Assembly (NCBI GenBank): GCA_024278215.1
Contig: JAJRTR010000164.1
Coordinates: forward strand, 1-41,290
Length of the DNA: 41,290 bases
Direction: 5' to 3'
Origin: a bacterium
GTDB lineage: Bacteria; UBP15; UBA6099; JAJRTR01
Shown: positions 38,285 to 41,290 of the stretch, in pieces
Position numbering within the stretch: the first letter of the stretch is position 1
Layout: each line of letters opens with the position of its first letter
Notes under the pieces: generated by a model
Seen by the model: the letters and a program-made list of their open reading frames with translations, nothing else
Database searches by the model: none
What the model was told of the DNA's origin: nothing
Translations under genes and position numbers: made by a program

Positions 38285-39859
38285 ATGACAGGCGACAACT
38301 CGGGAAATATAGATCAGAAAATGAGAATATCATATCTCGAATCCATGTTCGAGAAGATGGAATTATTGCTTAATTCCACAGATGTGCTTATCGCTTTTCT
38401 GGACAGCGAAGGCCATATCATTTTTGCAAATAAATCCATGGCCGAGAGTTTAGGTGCAGACATTCATAACTGCGAAGATACCGTAATCTGGGATTTTATG
38501 GACGCCGAAACCGGGAATAGAAGAAAAAAATATTTTCGCGAATGCCTCGAAAAGAACAAGCTTGTAAACTTCGAAGACGAGAGAAACGGAAGATATTTCA
38601 TAAACAGCTTCGCGCCCGTGAGCAACAACAATGCAATTGTAATGGTTCGCAATATAACACCACGCCGCAGGGCGGAGATCGCACTCAGAGAAAGTGAAGA
38701 GAAATATCGCAGCCTCGTCGAGAACGCCAATGACGGTATCTGCATTTTCACCGAAGAAGCTGTGCTTTATGCCAACAGACGGTTTTCCGACCTTGTGGGT
38801 TTTCAGGCCGACGGCATCATCGGAACATCGCTCTCTCTTTATATCGCCCCGTCCGAAAGAGACTGCTTTATAAGAAATATCGCAAGTTTAGCGCATGGAG
38901 AAAAAACTCAATTCGTTTTCGATTCCATGATCAATCACCGGGACGGCATCAGGATAAATATCGAATTCAACATCAGCGTTATTACCTACAATGGCCACAG
39001 GGCATACCTGGCCTTTATGCGCGATATTACAAACCGTGTCAACTCCGCCGCTGAACTGCGCAGGCACAGGGACCACCTGGGCGAACTCGTCTACGAGCGT
39101 ACACTCGAACTCACTCTTACCAACAAGGAACTTCGCCATGAAATCGCTGAAAGAAAACTCGCACAGGAATCACTCCAGTCCGCTAAGAGCGAGGCGGAAT
39201 TCTATATTGACCTTATGTCTCACGACCTGACCAACTTCAACCATGCGCTGCTCGGCAACATAGACCTCCTCGACCATGCTATAAACGGCGACGACAAAGT
39301 GCGCCGCCTTCTGAACTCGTGCAGGCGGCAGATCGCAAGGAGCAAACTTCTGATACACAAAGTACGCACATTCTCCAAAATCAAAGACATCGCCGCCGCC
39401 GATCTTATGGAAATAGACCTCAACGTCTGCATCACCGATTCCATCAATTTAATGAAAAAAATGTATCCCGGCAACGACGTGCAATTCGTTTTCGAGCCGG
39501 AAGGGAAAAAGAATATTCTTGGCGCCGACATCTTATCGGCCGCCGTCAATATTGTACTCGAAAATGCTGTCGCACATGCCGGCGCACAAATTGTAAATGT
39601 CGAAATATCTGTCATGGAAAACAATGTGGATGGCCTTGACGTCTGGACACTATGCGTGGCGGATAACGGACCCGGCTTTTCCGACGAACAGAAAAAAAAT
39701 GCTTTTACTACCGACGGCAACACACTTAGAGGGCTCGGCCTGCCTCTTGCCAATGAGATCATGAAAACACTTGGTGGTCGTATAAAGATCGAAGACAGAA
39801 CTCCGGGAGTTCCGCAACACGGTGCGCTTGTTACCCTGTCCATTCCGAAAGCCCGATAA
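38285..39859 (+). CDS. Cytoplasmic PAS-PAS sensor histidine kinase
   Basis: Two PAS domains (RNIT.RRRAE.ALRESEEKYRSLVE; RDITNR), H-box LMSHDLTN, N-box LENAVAH, DNGPG and GLGL. Probable start at ATG 38285. Confidence 0.9.
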   Translation: MTGDNSGNIDQKMRISYLESMFEKMELLLNSTDVLIAFLDSEGHIIFANKSMAESLGADIHNCEDTVIWDFMDAETGNRRKKYFRECLEKNKLVNFEDERNGRYFINSFAPVSNNNAIVMVRNITPRRRAEIALRESEEKYRSLVENANDGICIFTEEAVLYANRRFSDLVGFQADGIIGTSLSLYIAPSERDCFIRNIASLAHGEKTQFVFDSMINHRDGIRINIEFNISVITYNGHRAYLAFMRDITNRVNSAAELRRHRDHLGELVYERTLELTLTNKELRHEIAERKLAQESLQSAKSEAEFYIDLMSHDLTNFNHALLGNIDLLDHAINGDDKVRRLLNSCRRQIARSKLLIHKVRTFSKIKDIAAADLMEIDLNVCITDSINLMKKMYPGNDVQFVFEPEGKKNILGADILSAAVNIVLENAVAHAGAQIVNVEISVMENNVDGLDVWTLCVADNGPGFSDEQKKNAFTTDGNTLRGLGLPLANEIMKTLGGRIKIEDRTPGVPQHGALVTLSIPKAR

Positions 39860-39969
39860 CCGGCACCATATTCGGCATTATATGACAGAATATTAAAGGA
39901 ATAAAGAAATGCTGCTTATAATAATTTTAGGGGTGGGGTAGGGCGTAGAAGCCCCGAAAGACCAAACTG

Positions 39970-40341
39970 ATGTCGAAGAAAATCTTCATAGTCGAAGACG
40001 AAGCCGATATTGTCGAGTTCTATATCGAGGTGCTCGAAATGTACGGCTTCGACGTTGTCGGCAGCGCCCGAAACGGAGCGCAGGCCGTCGTGAAGTTCGC
40101 CGCCATGTCCGAACATCCCGACATCATCATCATGGACCACCGAATGCCGATTATGACAGGCATCGAAGCCACAACAAAAATCCTCGAAATCGACCCCGAC
40201 GTAAAAATAATATTCGCCAGCGCCGACGATTCCATTGAAAAACAGGCCCGCCAACTCGGTGTCGTCTCCTTCGAAAAGAAACCCTTCGACCTCGACCGCC
40301 TCATCGCCGCCGTCCGCGAAATATCCTTTCCCGATAACTGA
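39970..40341 (+). CDS. Single-domain (CheY-like) response regulator
   Basis: IVEDE, PDIIIMDHRMP, IIFASA and KKPF. Confidence 0.93.
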   Translation: MSKKIFIVEDEADIVEFYIEVLEMYGFDVVGSARNGAQAVVKFAAMSEHPDIIIMDHRMPIMTGIEATTKILEIDPDVKIIFASADDSIEKQARQLGVVSFEKKPFDLDRLIAAVREISFPDN

Positions 40342-40400
40342 ACTGATGATGTAAAAGTAAATATTTGTATTGTTGACACAATCTGTGATAGATTTCAGGA

Positions 40401-40814
40401 ATGAGAATCATAGGAATTGATCATGGCCAAAGACGGATAGGCGTTGCGGTGAGCGATGAAAAATGCCGCATCGCACTGCCTTTGTGTGTTGTGGACGGCA
40501 AGAAAAGCCTCAAGGCTCAGTTTGCGGAGATATTCGACAAGTATGAGATCAGCGAGGTTGTCGTAGGCGATCCGCTTAATTTGGAAGGCGAGTCAGGGAA
40601 ACAGTCTGAAAAAGCCCGCAGATTTGCAGACAGGATTGAAGCGTGGTTTGGCTTAAAATGCAGGATGTGGGACGAAAGATTCACATCTTTGCAGGCCGAT
40701 TCGGCGGCAAGAAAGTCAGGTTCCCACAAGGACAAAGGAAAACGAGACATGGCTGCTGCCACGTTGATATTACAGTCTTATCTGGATTTTACATGCAGGG
40801 AAAATCGTCAGTGA
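40401..40814 (+). CDS. ruvX: YqgF/RuvX RNase H-like pre-16S rRNA nuclease
   Basis: IGIDHGQRRIGVAVSD, VVGDPLNLEG, WDERFTS and D..AA.LILQSYLD. Confidence 0.95.
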   Translation: MRIIGIDHGQRRIGVAVSDEKCRIALPLCVVDGKKSLKAQFAEIFDKYEISEVVVGDPLNLEGESGKQSEKARRFADRIEAWFGLKCRMWDERFTSLQADSAARKSGSHKDKGKRDMAAATLILQSYLDFTCRENRQ

Positions 40815-41176
40815 AATAGCTCTTCAAGGGTGATTTCTATACAATGTGTTGATTCGTGTATAAAAAGTCACGGATGACATTTGCCAACAGCCAATAAGCG
40901 ACAACAGCGAACTTGCAAAGAGTATTTTTGTGCATTTTCGACAACTTTGACAACAACGGCTGCATTGAGAATAATTAATTACATGCGAATCAATGTGTTG
41001 TCTTGAAAAATTTTTATGGAGAAAGCTGGTGCTTTCAGGTTTCGACGTTCCCAAAGGTCCATCATGTGAATGATGAAAAATCATAAACTTAAGACTATAA
41101 TGATAGCTGAGGAGACTATTGTGTATGTATATGCAATAAACATACACAATAATACACATGATTTATAAATCCCTGA

Positions 41177-41290
41177 TGTTGCCGCCGCTGGATTAAAAAT
41201 GACCCTTTATGCTGAAGTAATAATGACCCCACAGTAAGACAATATAATACCAGTAACAGGGAGAGGAAGCAAGGGCAAAGGGAAGCCCCC
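41177..41290 (+). mobile_element. Probable terminus of an IS21-family insertion sequence (runs off the window)
   Basis: Begins TGTTGCCGCC. Contains two 19-bp direct repeats, GCTGGATTAAAAATGACCC (41187-41205) and GCTGAAGTAATAATGACCC (41211-41229), 16/19 identical with a 24-bp period, as expected for IS21 transposase-binding repeats. No istA is visible in the window. Confidence 0.55.

Overview
Bacterial chromosomal window, probably from a diderm (it encodes an outer-membrane beta-barrel). No rRNA, tRNA or CRISPR array was seen. It has five blocks. (1) 1-8277: a lipid/sterol-like side-chain catabolic operon (acyl-CoA dehydrogenase, an Fe-dependent alcohol dehydrogenase interrupted by one in-frame TAG, an SCP2 protein, an Ltp4/Ltp3-like non-thiolytic thiolase pair, an SCP2-SCP2-DUF35 fusion, a DUF35 protein and a PaaK-like CoA ligase). 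(2) 8709-11329: an AT-richer cassette of cytidylyltransferase, PLP class I/II enzyme and CDP-alcohol phosphatidyltransferase, which looks like a CDP-aminoalcohol phospholipid pathway. (3) 11760-22971: the most unusual block, a three-gene secreted module bracketed by 36-bp near-perfect direct repeats. It encodes a ~2000-aa FN3/Ig plus beta-repeat protein ending in a 14-Cys mirror-symmetric hairpin with a Trp-rich tip, a multi-FN3 protein and a large beta-barrel. (4) 22571-24212: a patchwork of REP/IS200-IS605-like palindromes, a tandem repeat, an AT-rich lipoprotein gene and an orphan C-terminal gene fragment. (5) 24227-41290: mostly core genes (hypotheticals, FecR-domain protein, addA/addB, TPR membrane protein, a MITE, DUF401, a PAS histidine kinase with receiver, ruvX/yqgF) and a probable IS21-family end at the right edge. 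All family assignments come from motifs recognised by eye; no searches were run.
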